Origin: Acinetobacter phage vB_AbaM_ME3 | DNA length: 64,000 nucleotides | Reading direction: 5' to 3' (one strand) | Sequence record: KU935715.1 | Shown here: piece by piece, positions 1-9,785 of the stretch | How the letters are laid out: each line of letters begins with the position of its first letter | Position numbering within the stretch: position 1 is the stretch's first letter | Position numbers and translations under genes: made by a program | Notes under the pieces: generated by a model | Told to the model about the DNA's origin: nothing | The model's input: the letters and a program-made list of their open reading frames with translations, nothing else | The model's database searches: none

Positions 1-349
1 CATCAAAATATTGTTTGCACTCTTTATGAAACTCTTTAAAATTTTGAAGAGTAGTATGTATTGGATTAAGTACAGTAAGAAGAGAAAGAACTGTTTGAAA
101 TTTAATTGTTTTAAAATTTAAAAGAGAGAGAAGTTGATTCACTTTCTTAAGGTCTTTCTCTTCACCATTCATTAAATCTTCAACAAACAGAATAATTAAA
201 TATATTACTTGATCAGTTGTATATACTTCTTCTAATTGATTTAAAAGTGATGATCTTTTTCTTACAGATTTATTATCGTAATACAGTGAGTCCATATACA
301 TAGCTTCACTGTACGTTAACTCTATAGGAATATGAGAAAATTTACTCAT
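1..349 (-). CDS. hypothetical protein, 3' end lies beyond window start
   Basis: Minus-strand ATG at 349 (ATGAGTAAATTTTCTCAT...) remains open to position 1; co-oriented with all neighbours. Not in the ORF track because no stop lies inside the window. Confidence 0.4.
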   Translation of the reverse strand, partial: MSKFSHIPIELTYSEAMYMDSLYYDNKSVRKRSSLLNQLEEVYTTDQVIYLIILFVEDLMNGEEKDLKKVNQLLSLLNFKTIKFQTVLSLLTVLNPIHTTLQNFKEFHKECKQYFD

Positions 350-353
350 ACAG

Positions 354-548
354 TTACTCACTATCTGAAACAATACCTATTAAAAATTCTATAGGAATTT
401 GTTCAATGGTTTTTGAACGATTTTTTAAAACTACTAAAGCTTTTTCTTGATTAGCTGTTATAAGCAAACCTTGTAAACCCTTATGTAAGCCATTATAAGG
501 ACGAACTAAAGCAACTAATTGATGCCCATAAATATCTTTTAATTTCAT
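354..548 (-). CDS. hypothetical protein (64 aa)
   Basis: ORF track; co-oriented; 4-nt overlap with upstream gene. Confidence 0.4.
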   Translation of the reverse strand: MKLKDIYGHQLVALVRPYNGLHKGLQGLLITANQEKALVVLKNRSKTIEQIPIEFLIGIVSDSE

Positions 549-763
549 TTAATAGATTGATACCACTTAGCTATTTTACCAGTGTGCCATAAATAATAAA
601 TGATTAAAGATAGAATGCCTGCACCACATAAAGTACAAATCATTCCTACAGTAACAACACTATACAATAAATATGTATGTTCTTGAGATACTGGGGCTTT
701 CTTATCAGCAAGAATAAATCCAATTGAAAGTAAGCTTACAACAAGAAGAAATAATATAAACAT
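545..763 (-). CDS. small membrane protein (two predicted TM helices)
   Basis: Hydrophobic stretches FILFLLVVSLLSIGFILA and VVTVGMICTLCGAGILSLIIYYL; start overlaps the stop of the upstream gene. Confidence 0.5.
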   Translation of the reverse strand: MFILFLLVVSLLSIGFILADKKAPVSQEHTYLLYSVVTVGMICTLCGAGILSLIIYYLWHTGKIAKWYQSIK

Positions 764-1110
764 TATTCAACTCCTTTAAATATTTTAAAACTATCTAGAA
801 TTAACAAAGATTCTGAAGGAATACTAAATTCAGTAAACTCAATTCGATTTTCTTTGAAATATTCATAAGTGGACATGAAATTGTTTAAGACAATCCAAGC
901 AGAGTAAAAACTATCTGCACTTCCAAAATGATCAACATAATGCTGAAAGTAATGAAAGAAAAACTTATTATCATCAACAGTTAATGGAAGCTTTAAAGTA
1001 TTTAAAGGTACTTGAAGATTGTTTAAAGATTCGTATAAAGACGTATAGACATCAATAAGTTGTCTATACGTCTTATCTACGACTAATACACTTAAAGTGA
1101 CATTAATCAT
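763..1110 (-). CDS. hypothetical protein (115 aa)
   Basis: ORF track; coupled to neighbours (763 shared, 1103/1110 overlap). Confidence 0.5.
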   Translation of the reverse strand: MINVTLSVLVVDKTYRQLIDVYTSLYESLNNLQVPLNTLKLPLTVDDNKFFFHYFQHYVDHFGSADSFYSAWIVLNNFMSTYEYFKENRIEFTEFSIPSESLLILDSFKIFKGVE

Positions 1111-1606
1111 CTACAGCCTTTTTCTTTTTACACTTACCTGTAAAGTTATTAAGCTTACTATCATGAACATATTCAAGTGCAACTTCACCACCTTTATGTA
1201 CAAAGGTAGCAACTTTACGGAATGGAGCTACTTTTTCAAACTTCTTGATACGTGCGTAAGCTTTAGCAGCTGAACGAGTAACAGGAATTGGTTGAGAATA
1301 AGTATTAGCTACTTGTGAAAAATGTTCTACAGATTTAATAACAATTACTTGACCTTTACTATTTAAGTAAGGAACAAAAGTCATTGCATTACGTAACGAC
1401 TCTTTAACCCAGCCAAGTTTTGCTACAGGTTTAGTACGAATTTTACGAGAAGCAACACCAGCTAATGCTGTTACTGCTTGTTGATCGTTAGGGTGAGCCT
1501 TAAGATGCTTGGCTAATTTACGCTTAGCATTCTTAGAGAAATTACCTTTCATTGCATATGAAGTAAATTTTGCTTTACGGCCAGCACCAGGCTTAAGTTT
1601 AGACAT
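1103..1606 (-). CDS. highly basic Lys/Ala-rich protein, possibly nucleic-acid binding
   Basis: N-terminus MSKLKPGAGRKAKF..., many K/R/A residues. AAAGGA Shine-Dalgarno sequence upstream of the ATG at 1606. Confidence 0.5.
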   Translation of the reverse strand: MSKLKPGAGRKAKFTSYAMKGNFSKNAKRKLAKHLKAHPNDQQAVTALAGVASRKIRTKPVAKLGWVKESLRNAMTFVPYLNSKGQVIVIKSVEHFSQVANTYSQPIPVTRSAAKAYARIKKFEKVAPFRKVATFVHKGGEVALEYVHDSKLNNFTGKCKKKKAVDD

Positions 1607-1767
1607 TTCTTTAATCCTTTTTTGGAAATTAATTGAAATAAAAAGAGAAATACACAGAGAAGTTTTAATTAGTCTTCAGAATTATCAATCACAATTGAAG
1701 CATAGTAATCTAAGCGACTATTGATCTCACTAATACTTTGAGCTAATACAGTTAATTTAAACATTAG

Positions 1768-2169
1768 TTATCCTTTAATAACACTTGTCATTTTTACATT
1801 TAATTCTACTTCAACCACATCATGATTTTCATAATAATGTACTAGTTGACGTAGAACAGGTTCAGGGATTGTTTCAAATACTCGTTCCTTAAATGTAGGA
1901 ACTTGAGGAGTATATGTTTGATCTTTTGTTTTAGGAATTTCTTTAATAGGTGTCTTAGTTTTCTTAGCAAAAACATCTTTTGAAGAAAGCAACTCTTTAG
2001 TCAATGGAACAATTCCATTGATATGATCTTTATAACGTTCCCAGCGACCTTTATTATAAAGTTCATAACTATCTTTTTCTCTTTGACGAAAAATAGTTAC
2101 AGTGTTCTTCTTTTGATTAAAGCGAACATGTGTAGAAGTCTCAGGAATAAATGTGTTACTTAAATTCAT
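1768..2169 (-). CDS. hypothetical protein (133 aa)
   Basis: ORF track; co-oriented. Confidence 0.5.
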   Translation of the reverse strand: MNLSNTFIPETSTHVRFNQKKNTVTIFRQREKDSYELYNKGRWERYKDHINGIVPLTKELLSSKDVFAKKTKTPIKEIPKTKDQTYTPQVPTFKERVFETIPEPVLRQLVHYYENHDVVEVELNVKMTSVIKG

Positions 2170-2176
2170 TTTAGAA

Positions 2177-3622
2177 TTACTCTTTAACTAATGCATAACG
2201 ATCTACTAATAGCGTTTCTTTCATAATAGCTTCAGGTGAAAACTCATCTAAAGTATTAGAACAAACTGCTTTTAATAGAGAAGGAGAAAAGCTAGATAAT
2301 AAACAAGCACCTGATTCATCATATTTAACAGGAAAGTTATTATTAGAAGGAGTGTTAAGAACCCAAAAGATTAATTTAGGACATTTTAATCCTGCTTCTT
2401 TAAACTTAACTTGAGCATCAACATATGCTGAGCTTTCACGAGAATTAAAATTAAACTGAGTGTCACTGAAGAAAACTAAATATTCAGGTAATTGATCTGA
2501 AGAAATATTATTAGAAACTACTAGATCTAATAGTAGTTTAAAGACACCTTCAACATTTGTACTATAACCAACTTGACTTTGAGCAATAAGATCATAACGC
2601 TCTTTTAAAGTTTTACAATCTTTGAGATCAACAAAAGAAGGATGATCTGCAAATGTAGTTACAAGGTTTTTAAATGGACCTTCAATACGTTCACTGATGT
2701 AAGCACCTAAAGTAATTGCAATATGTTTATATGTTGCATTACCTACAGCAGGAGCTTCCATTGAACCACTTAAATCAACTACAGGAAGAATCGATAAACC
2801 TTCTTTAATTAAATTAGGAAAGCTATTCCACTGAGCTTCTACAACAGGATTAGGTTCGAAATAAGGAGAATAACGAGACCCTAATATTGAATAAACTTCA
2901 GAAATTTCATGAAGAAATAATGTAGACGAATTTAAAGTTGCAGTTCCCTCACTCACTTTATTAATAAAATCATTAAAACGATCTGAGTCTTTAGACAAGA
3001 ATGTATTTTTATAACGATTAAAAGCTTTAGAAGGAACTGTACTATAATCTATTTCAGCGATACGATGCTCACACAATAAACGTTCAGTAACTTTAGCTCG
3101 TAAAGGGACAATTAACTGTCTTAATTCTTTAGGAGTGACCTTAAGATAAGAACGTAACATAGATGCAACATTGCCTTTCAAAGGTAACCACTTTGCAACT
3201 AATATCTGAGTTTCAGGATTTTTCAAATGTTCAGCTAATAGTCGAATAATCTTTTTCTTAATACGAAGATCAACATCACATTCTACTAAATTAAATAAAT
3301 CAGGATAATACCCTAACTCTACAATTTTAGATAAAAGATTAGTTTTTAAAAATACATCAATATCTATATGAGCTAAATGAATCATACAGAGATTAAATGA
3401 ATTACGAATACCTTTACCTTGTCTAATATCACGAGAATTCAAAAGATTACGAATTGCTAAATCTTTGTCTTCTAGATAAGCTTTTCGAAAATCTAAAATA
3501 GCTTCTTGAGAATAGTTAGGATCACCTAATTTAACAAAGAAATCTAAATTATGAGAAGCAGTACTAGAATAAGCTACTGCCCCATTAGTGGTTTGTGTTT
3601 TTAAAGCTGTTGCTGCAAACAT
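2177..3622 (-). CDS. von Willebrand factor A (vWA) domain protein, possibly with TROVE/Ro60-like N-terminal region
   Basis: MIDAS-type motif VVDLSGSM followed by conserved T (GNATYKH...) in the C-terminal half. The long alpha-rich N-terminal region is reminiscent of phage DUF2828/TROVE-vWA proteins, which is inference. Confidence 0.6.
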   Translation of the reverse strand: MFAATALKTQTTNGAVAYSSTASHNLDFFVKLGDPNYSQEAILDFRKAYLEDKDLAIRNLLNSRDIRQGKGIRNSFNLCMIHLAHIDIDVFLKTNLLSKIVELGYYPDLFNLVECDVDLRIKKKIIRLLAEHLKNPETQILVAKWLPLKGNVASMLRSYLKVTPKELRQLIVPLRAKVTERLLCEHRIAEIDYSTVPSKAFNRYKNTFLSKDSDRFNDFINKVSEGTATLNSSTLFLHEISEVYSILGSRYSPYFEPNPVVEAQWNSFPNLIKEGLSILPVVDLSGSMEAPAVGNATYKHIAITLGAYISERIEGPFKNLVTTFADHPSFVDLKDCKTLKERYDLIAQSQVGYSTNVEGVFKLLLDLVVSNNISSDQLPEYLVFFSDTQFNFNSRESSAYVDAQVKFKEAGLKCPKLIFWVLNTPSNNNFPVKYDESGACLLSSFSPSLLKAVCSNTLDEFSPEAIMKETLLVDRYALVKE

Positions 3623-3637
3623 TATGTTATTACCTAA

Positions 3638-4078
3638 TTATCGAATACGTTTATGAAAAGATATAAAATCAGGATCATCTATAAAACGTTTAAACATTTT
3701 TAGATTATATTCTGAAAAAGGAGAAGAGGAAGGGTTGGTTAATTGTTCAGGAGTTACATACTCTACCTTAGCTCCTTCTTTATTCACAAAAGGAAGTTTT
3801 GGTAAGTCTTTAACAACACCATCATATACATAAGTTAATGTATCATACTCACCATCCCAATCTTGGAATAGAAACATTAATTTTGTAGGATCTAACTCAA
3901 TACCTACTTCTTCACGAACTTCACGAACAAGTCCTTGAATTAATGTTTCTTCTTCCTCTGCCTTACCACCTGGAAGTCCTAATAAATTATGATTGTCTTT
4001 ACGTGATACTGATAACACCTTAGAACCAGTTTCTGGATCAGGGTAGAGTAAGAGTATAGCTTGTTTTAAATCTTTCAT
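3638..4078 (-). CDS. NUDIX hydrolase
   Basis: Nudix box GGKAEEEETLIQGLVREVREEVG (GX5EX7REUXEEXGU) is clearly present. Confidence 0.8.
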   Translation of the reverse strand: MKDLKQAILLLYPDPETGSKVLSVSRKDNHNLLGLPGGKAEEEETLIQGLVREVREEVGIELDPTKLMFLFQDWDGEYDTLTYVYDGVVKDLPKLPFVNKEGAKVEYVTPEQLTNPSSSPFSEYNLKMFKRFIDDPDFISFHKRIR

Positions 4079-4096
4079 TACGAGCTTCCTATAAGC

Positions 4097-5197
4097 TTAG
4101 AGAGCATATGCTGATTGGTTTGTTAAAAAACTTTTATACATTGGTTGAATAAGGAATTTAAGTCCTTGATGAATAATTGTAATTTCACGTGTCATTGGAT
4201 TTTGACTAATTTCACTATTCATGTGAGTAATATATACATCAAATGCTTGATCACCTAATTCTTCATCAGTTGAGTATGGGTTCCATTCATTACGATGTTT
4301 ATTTAAAAACTCTAATAAACATGAAGAATTAGCTACAAAATCAGCAGGATCATATTCAGAATTAGTATTAAGATTAAACGCTCGAATATTAAATTCAATA
4401 GTGTCATTATTCAATTGAGTTTTAATATTAAGAATTTCAGTTAAACTTGCAATTGACTCTTCAGGATACTGATTCATTTCTTTAATTAATACAGATAACA
4501 TATCAATATTAAATTTAGAGAACTTTCCTACAAATTCCAATACTTCACTAGTACGTGATTGATCTTCTAAGTTATCTTTCATGTACTCTTTAAGTAGTTC
4601 AATATCTAATGATTTGAACTCAATATTAAAATAAACACGACCAGGACGATTGCTAAAGTACTCTAAATGGTGACCATATAAAGTTGTATTAGCAGTCATT
4701 AAGAATAAAGTATGTTGAGGCCATGTACCATCTAATAAGCTTAACATAGAATTACGAGGTTCAGCTTCCATGTATACTTTTTCAAATTCATCAATCACTA
4801 CAATTTTATCTTGAGTAATACTTTGAAGGAATTGATTAAATGTAGAACCAGCATAAGGTTGATCAACAATTAAGACAATTCCTTGATGAGATTCTACAAA
4901 GTTAATACAAATACGTTTAAGTAATAAGCTCTTACCACTTCCTTTTTCACCTACAAAGGCAGCAGATGTAGCTTTGTCTTGACGTTCAAAGTATGTATCT
5001 AAGATACGACCAGCCCAACGATCTGATTTTCCATATACTTTATGGTAAATAGTAAAAGGATTTGTAGGGCTTAAGAAGAATTGTTTAACTTGGTCATCCC
5101 ATTGAACAGAATAATAACCAGCTGGAATAACAGGTACAATAAACTTTGCTAGATTTTCAGCAACATAATAACCATTAGGTTTATTTAAATAAGACAT
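4097..5197 (-). CDS. P-loop NTPase (Walker A/B ATPase) of unknown family
   Basis: Walker A GEKGSGKS and a Walker B-like IVVIDEFE; 366 aa. Confidence 0.55.
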   Translation of the reverse strand: MSYLNKPNGYYVAENLAKFIVPVIPAGYYSVQWDDQVKQFFLSPTNPFTIYHKVYGKSDRWAGRILDTYFERQDKATSAAFVGEKGSGKSLLLKRICINFVESHQGIVLIVDQPYAGSTFNQFLQSITQDKIVVIDEFEKVYMEAEPRNSMLSLLDGTWPQHTLFLMTANTTLYGHHLEYFSNRPGRVYFNIEFKSLDIELLKEYMKDNLEDQSRTSEVLEFVGKFSKFNIDMLSVLIKEMNQYPEESIASLTEILNIKTQLNNDTIEFNIRAFNLNTNSEYDPADFVANSSCLLEFLNKHRNEWNPYSTDEELGDQAFDVYITHMNSEISQNPMTREITIIHQGLKFLIQPMYKSFLTNQSAYAL

Positions 5198-5697
5198 TAT
5201 AAAAGTCCTTGTCTGATTTCATTTCGAATTTGCATTAATACTTCACCAAGAAGATTACGACCATTCCATTGAGAAGGATCTGTAGCTCTTGGATCATCTT
5301 CTTCTAAACCAACGCCCCAAATCTTATCATTAGGATTACATTCAACTAAGGTTAGTTCTTTAGTTGCTAATAAGTAGTCACGATACTTAGGAATAGTATA
5401 TTTTTGACGATTAATTTCTAGCATATAGTTATAACGAACTTGTTCCCAAGATGCATCATTATAATTAGATACTTTACGACCGAGTTGCTTAGCTTGGATT
5501 GGCTGTAACTGAGTATTTTCTAAAAGCTTCATTGTAGCTTTATCATTAAAATGAAGAGCTTTAGCATACATAAAAGCATTTTCTGTATATAAAAATGTAA
5601 CACCTTTATATTCAAAACCAGCAAAAGCAAAATTACTAAATGGGCCTCTTAAAAAGAGTAAGTAATTATCTTTAATTGTACATTGAGGAATATTCAT
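5197..5697 (-). CDS. NADAR (YbiA/DUF1768) domain protein
   Basis: Matches the NADAR family pattern: FLRGPFSNFA...FEYKGVTFLYTENAFMYAKA...KIWGVGL...WNGRNLLGEVLMQIR. Confidence 0.75.
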   Translation of the reverse strand: MNIPQCTIKDNYLLFLRGPFSNFAFAGFEYKGVTFLYTENAFMYAKALHFNDKATMKLLENTQLQPIQAKQLGRKVSNYNDASWEQVRYNYMLEINRQKYTIPKYRDYLLATKELTLVECNPNDKIWGVGLEEDDPRATDPSQWNGRNLLGEVLMQIRNEIRQGLL

Positions 5698-6071
5698 TAC
5701 ATTATCCTAGGATTAATAATTTGAAGATATACAGCATTTTTATTAGGACCATTACTAAACTTAAAGTAAGAGTCAGAATTGGGTAAGAGCATTATTAAAT
5801 CATTGTAAACTTGCTTAGTGAAAATAAAAGTAATACCTTCATTTTCAATTAAGATGTTTTCAAAGTTACTGGGATCTTTACTCCCAAAAGCTAGTGCAAA
5901 AAGATCAGAATAACCAATTTGAGGAATAAAAGTAACAACTTCTAATTCAGGAGCTTTCCTATAAACTGAGAAGAAATTTTTCCACATTCGAAGTGTATTC
6001 TGATGAATATTTCCAGGATGTATTCGAATCTCAGGTACATAAAATTTATTTAACTTTGGCATGTTAAGCAT
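5697..6071 (-). CDS. KFK-family paralog (member 1 of tandem array)
   Basis: N-terminus (L)NMPKLNKFYVPEIRI shares the M-x-K-L-x-K-F-K signature of the downstream array. The true start is probably the internal ATG (MPKLNKF). Confidence 0.5.
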   Translation of the reverse strand: MLNMPKLNKFYVPEIRIHPGNIHQNTLRMWKNFFSVYRKAPELEVVTFIPQIGYSDLFALAFGSKDPSNFENILIENEGITFIFTKQVYNDLIMLLPNSDSYFKFSNGPNKNAVYLQIINPRIM

Positions 6072-6448
6072 TAACTGTTAATTCAAATGTAATCACACTT
6101 GGTTCTGATAAAAATATTAAGCCTGTAGCATTTGAAGTTAATATAAAATATGAATCAGCTCTTGATAACTTATTATTTATATTCTCACGCATAGTGGCAC
6201 TGAATCCAAATACTAACCCATTGGACTCAATAAAGAGCATATCTTGAGATGTATAATGTTCTTTATCTCTAGGTAATACTCTTACTATGTATAATCCTTG
6301 TACGAATATGTTCGATATCATATACATAGAGAAAATCAACATTATCTCTAGAATTTAAAAAAGTTCTATACGAATCTGCTGTTTCCTGAATGATATGTCC
6401 ACCTACAATATTACATGGACTTACATTAAATTTTAAAAGGGGTTTCAT
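6064..6448 (-). pseudogene. KFK-family paralog with apparent +1 frame disruption
   Basis: ATG at 6448 overlaps the stop of the upstream gene (AGATGA). It opens a 59-codon ORF, MKPLLKFNVSPCNIVGG..., ending in TAG. The 92-aa track ORF 6064..6342 continues in the +1 frame, and the fused length (~128 aa) matches the family. Confidence 0.4.
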
Positions 6449-6786
6449 CTTTCTTTAAACTCAAATCTGGAGTTTTGAGAATTATAATCCAGAACAAAAT
6501 CTAGTCCTCTAAATTTAGAAAATATTGACTGAATTACATAGAATACATTGTTATCAATATAGAAGGACTTCAGATTAGTTTTAAATATAATCTTTAATGA
6601 ATTTTCAGTTGGTATATAAACAGGTGAAACTAATACAGATTGATTTGAAAGCTGAGATATTAAAAATTTAGAAACACCAGCTTCTCTATAAAGGGCTAAA
6701 GCTGCTTTAGCTGAATCAGATATATATAGTGAGTACTGAGATAAGTCAACAAATTGATTAAGTTTATTCATGAGGTTTGCAATCAA
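6445..6786 (-). CDS. KFK-family paralog
   Basis: MIANLMNKLNQF... N-terminus; tandem array member. Confidence 0.55.
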   Translation of the reverse strand: MIANLMNKLNQFVDLSQYSLYISDSAKAALALYREAGVSKFLISQLSNQSVLVSPVYIPTENSLKIIFKTNLKSFYIDNNVFYVIQSIFSKFRGLDFVLDYNSQNSRFEFKER

Positions 6787-7111
6787 TAATTTTATAAGGT
6801 TCTTTAAAATCTATTAAAGGTAATAATCCATATCTAATGCTTTTAGGTCCAAATACATAATCTGTTTCAAATGATTTACGCATAACTTGACCATCTATAT
6901 AAATAATGCATTGATTGATTTTAAACCATACAGAATCTTTTAAATCATATTTTGAAGGAGGAACTCGATAGAATCCTAAACAATCCTCAGCGTATGTACT
7001 ATCACTAATATAGACACTTTTATAGATATCCTTTATTTTTAATAATCTACTATACATATCTAAACACATTCGTATAGAATGATTTATCTTAAACCGAGAT
7101 AAAGTGTTCAT
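6764..7111 (-). CDS. KFK-family paralog
   Basis: MNTLSRFKINHSIR...; array member, overlaps its neighbour. Confidence 0.55.
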   Translation of the reverse strand: MNTLSRFKINHSIRMCLDMYSRLLKIKDIYKSVYISDSTYAEDCLGFYRVPPSKYDLKDSVWFKINQCIIYIDGQVMRKSFETDYVFGPKSIRYGLLPLIDFKEPYKIIDCKPHE

Positions 7112-7113
7112 AA

Positions 7114-7455
7114 TTATAAGACCTCAACGTCAATATATGCTGATGATGGGTTATCAATCATACGAAATGAATAACTAGCAAAAGAGTCTCTAAGCATAAC
7201 ATGCCCAGAGATAAAGAAATCAGTTAAGTCCCCACTAATTGAAACAATTTGTTGATTACTCAATCGTATTTTTATCTCATTATATGATTCATATAAGGCA
7301 GGTTTGATTCCACCTAAATGTACCTGATCGATCCCTTTTGAATAACGAGCAATATGTAGATGACCAAATTTTCCTGTATACTTAATAAGCTCCTCTACAC
7401 AACTTGAGTGTACTTTTATAGTAGTTAATTTTTTAAATTTAAGAAGAGTTGCCAT
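7114..7455 (-). CDS. KFK-family paralog
   Basis: MATLLKFKKLTTIKV... and the central motif ISGDLTDFF. Confidence 0.6.
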   Translation of the reverse strand: MATLLKFKKLTTIKVHSSCVEELIKYTGKFGHLHIARYSKGIDQVHLGGIKPALYESYNEIKIRLSNQQIVSISGDLTDFFISGHVMLRDSFASYSFRMIDNPSSAYIDVEVL

Positions 7456-7802
7456 TAAATCACATCCACTGGTAAATACTCATTATTTATATTAAAAGGA
7501 ACAGCACAATAAGACAACAATGAACTTCCAAGTTGTTTCTCTAAACAAAAACCATTTGATAGTAAATGAGCTATATCACCACTTATATAAATAGGACAAT
7601 TAATACCTATTCTAATTGCAAAAGAGCCTTCATCAATAAACTGTTTTGGTTTTATTGTCTGCAACAGATTTGCTGAAATATGTTCACTAATTTTGCTAAT
7701 ATATAATCTCATTTGGTATTTAGAATAAATTCGTAAATCATTAAAACAATCTTGACTTAATTTTATAGTTGTTGGAAGTTTAAATTTATTCAATTTTTGC
7801 AT
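7455..7802 (-). CDS. KFK-family paralog
   Basis: MQKLNKFKLPTTIKL... and the central motif ISGDIAHLL. Confidence 0.6.
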   Translation of the reverse strand: MQKLNKFKLPTTIKLSQDCFNDLRIYSKYQMRLYISKISEHISANLLQTIKPKQFIDEGSFAIRIGINCPIYISGDIAHLLSNGFCLEKQLGSSLLSYCAVPFNINNEYLPVDVI

Positions 7803-7818
7803 ATTAATCCTTTATATA

Positions 7819-8142
7819 TTAAGTAATCACTTCATCTAATGTTTTATAAAGGATATTTGATTCTTCTTTTTTACAAAATAATCCTTCTCCAGGAATTCGA
7901 TAAATTACCTTTTGAAGATCATAGTCTTTCTCAACTAAAATAGTAAGATAACCGTCACTATATATATTCATATTATTAATAACAGATTGAGCACAATGAC
8001 GTTTATAATAAACATGAAGTCGTGATCTACGTGTAGTATCTAAAGTTAATACAATAGAATCATTAACTCCTGATAATAATTCATATAGTTCATATTCTAA
8101 TTTTAAACCTTGAAAAGACTTAAACTTTTGTAAACTATTCAT
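7819..8142 (-). CDS. KFK-family paralog
   Basis: MNSLQKFKSFQGLKL... Confidence 0.55.
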   Translation of the reverse strand: MNSLQKFKSFQGLKLEYELYELLSGVNDSIVLTLDTTRRSRLHVYYKRHCAQSVINNMNIYSDGYLTILVEKDYDLQKVIYRIPGEGLFCKKEESNILYKTLDEVIT

Positions 8143-8506
8143 ATACTTCTATAAACTCTTCTTCTCGTATATCTCTAATAATACATCCTCTACCTGGATA
8201 TTCATCATATTTACGAGACATAACTTTGCTATCATTTTGAAGTAATTTAACTATGTCACCTGACATATGTAAGGTACAATTATTTTTAAAAGGAATTTTT
8301 AAAGAATCTTCTTCACAGTAATTCCTGTTGGTTTGAGTATAAAAACTAATAGCTTCTTTAAACTCAGGAACATCTTCTCTAGACATGTATTGTATATAGA
8401 TATTTTTATAAGTTCTTGAATGTTCTAATACACTGTTATAGACATCTTTAGTAAATTTAATAGAAGGTGGTAATTTGAATTTAGATAGTTTCATATTGAT
8501 CCTCAA
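8135..8506 (-). CDS. KFK-family paralog
   Basis: ...MKLSKFKLPPSIKF... and the central motif MSGDIVKLL. Confidence 0.6.
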   Translation of the reverse strand: MRINMKLSKFKLPPSIKFTKDVYNSVLEHSRTYKNIYIQYMSREDVPEFKEAISFYTQTNRNYCEEDSLKIPFKNNCTLHMSGDIVKLLQNDSKVMSRKYDEYPGRGCIIRDIREEEFIEVYE

Positions 8507-8840
8507 GATTTATTTCAATTACTTCATCTAAGTCACTTAAGTCATCAATTGAACTAATTATATAATCACCTGTAACTCCTCTAGCCATACATGCATTAGA
8601 GTTCAATTTATCTATAATGCTTCCGCATATAACTAAAGTATTATTTTGAAAAAGTTTAATTATACCTTTTGTATCTAATTGCATTCGTTTCCGAGGTATG
8701 GAATACAAAGAAAATTCATCTCGATCAAACCAGCAAGCATACATAATATTATGAGCTTTAGAATAGTTTATAAAGGTATCATAGAGGTCTTTAGTTATTT
8801 TTATAGATTTTGTATCTATAAATTTTTGTAATTTATTCAT
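8481..8840 (-). CDS. KFK-family paralog
   Basis: MNKLQKFIDTKSIKI... and the central motif ICGSIIDKL. Confidence 0.55.
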   Translation of the reverse strand: MNKLQKFIDTKSIKITKDLYDTFINYSKAHNIMYACWFDRDEFSLYSIPRKRMQLDTKGIIKLFQNNTLVICGSIIDKLNSNACMARGVTGDYIISSIDDLSDLDEVIEINLEDQYETI

Positions 8841-9171
8841 AATATATTTCTATTAATTCATCTTGAGATACTAATTCTTTATCAATTATTTCATACACAT
8901 TTTTAGATATTCTAGATAAACATACAGACTCATTTAATTGTTGAGCAACTGTACCACATATAAATAATAAAAAGTTATTTTCAAATCTTAAACATATATC
9001 ATTTACAGCTTGATAATTTGGAAGAGCTTTACTATACAGCACAATAGTACTACTACCTTGCTGTTGTATAACTAGTACCTTCTGCATAGCAAAATTATGA
9101 GAGAGATCAAGTGCTACTCTATGTGTTATGAATACACTTTTACGAATTTTAAATTTACTCAATTGCATCAT
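8833..9171 (-). CDS. KFK-family paralog
   Basis: MMQLSKFKIRKSVFI... and the central motif ICGTVAQQL. Confidence 0.55.
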   Translation of the reverse strand: MMQLSKFKIRKSVFITHRVALDLSHNFAMQKVLVIQQQGSSTIVLYSKALPNYQAVNDICLRFENNFLLFICGTVAQQLNESVCLSRISKNVYEIIDKELVSQDELIEIYYE

Positions 9172-9475
9172 AACAGTCTATTTCTATAACTTCTTCAAAA
9201 GTACTATTAAGAAAAACATAAACCCCTGGTTCTTTTCTATATAAATATTTTCCTTCTTCTATATCTAAACTATTTAAATAGAAGCGGGTTTGATCTATAT
9301 AGAAAATTACATATCTATCTAAAGAAAATTTTTTTGGACGACGAGTTCCTAAATATAATCCTTCATCATTAGAATAAAAATAAAAATCTCTTGAATTAAA
9401 TTTAGTCAAAAATTGGTAAAAAGAATGTGTAATTAATAGGGTAGTTTTAATTTTAAAAGACTTAAGAAAAGCCAT
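9155..9475 (-). CDS. KFK-family paralog
   Basis: MAFLKSFKIKTTLLI... Confidence 0.55.
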   Translation of the reverse strand: MAFLKSFKIKTTLLITHSFYQFLTKFNSRDFYFYSNDEGLYLGTRRPKKFSLDRYVIFYIDQTRFYLNSLDIEEGKYLYRKEPGVYVFLNSTFEEVIEIDCYDAIE

Positions 9476-9785
9476 AAATTTCTATCTCCATAATTTCTTC
9501 GTCTACATTATGAAGAAATTGATAATCAGCAGCACCTAATCTATGTAAAATTTTTCCTTGAAGAATACTTTCAAAATGTTCGGGATTTAATAACATATTA
9601 GAAGTTCCAATTCTAAATCTAATATAATTTATTCTTGAAACAGGTCGAATCATTTGAAGTCGCATACCACTATCACGATTGTTAACAAAAGTTAAAGGAC
9701 TTAACTCTATATCATTTATAAATTTATATGTTGACTTCGATATACGTATTACAGAAATTGTTTTGAATTTATTAAGCTTCTTCAT
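9462..9785 (-). CDS. KFK-family paralog (start refined to internal ATG MKKLNKFK)
   Basis: The track ORF extends to 9872, but the family signature MKKLNKFKTISVIRI begins at codon 30, which avoids a long overlap with the next paralog. Confidence 0.5.
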   Translation of the reverse strand: MKKLNKFKTISVIRISKSTYKFINDIELSPLTFVNNRDSGMRLQMIRPVSRINYIRFRIGTSNMLLNPEHFESILQGKILHRLGAADYQFLHNVDEEIMEIEIYGFS

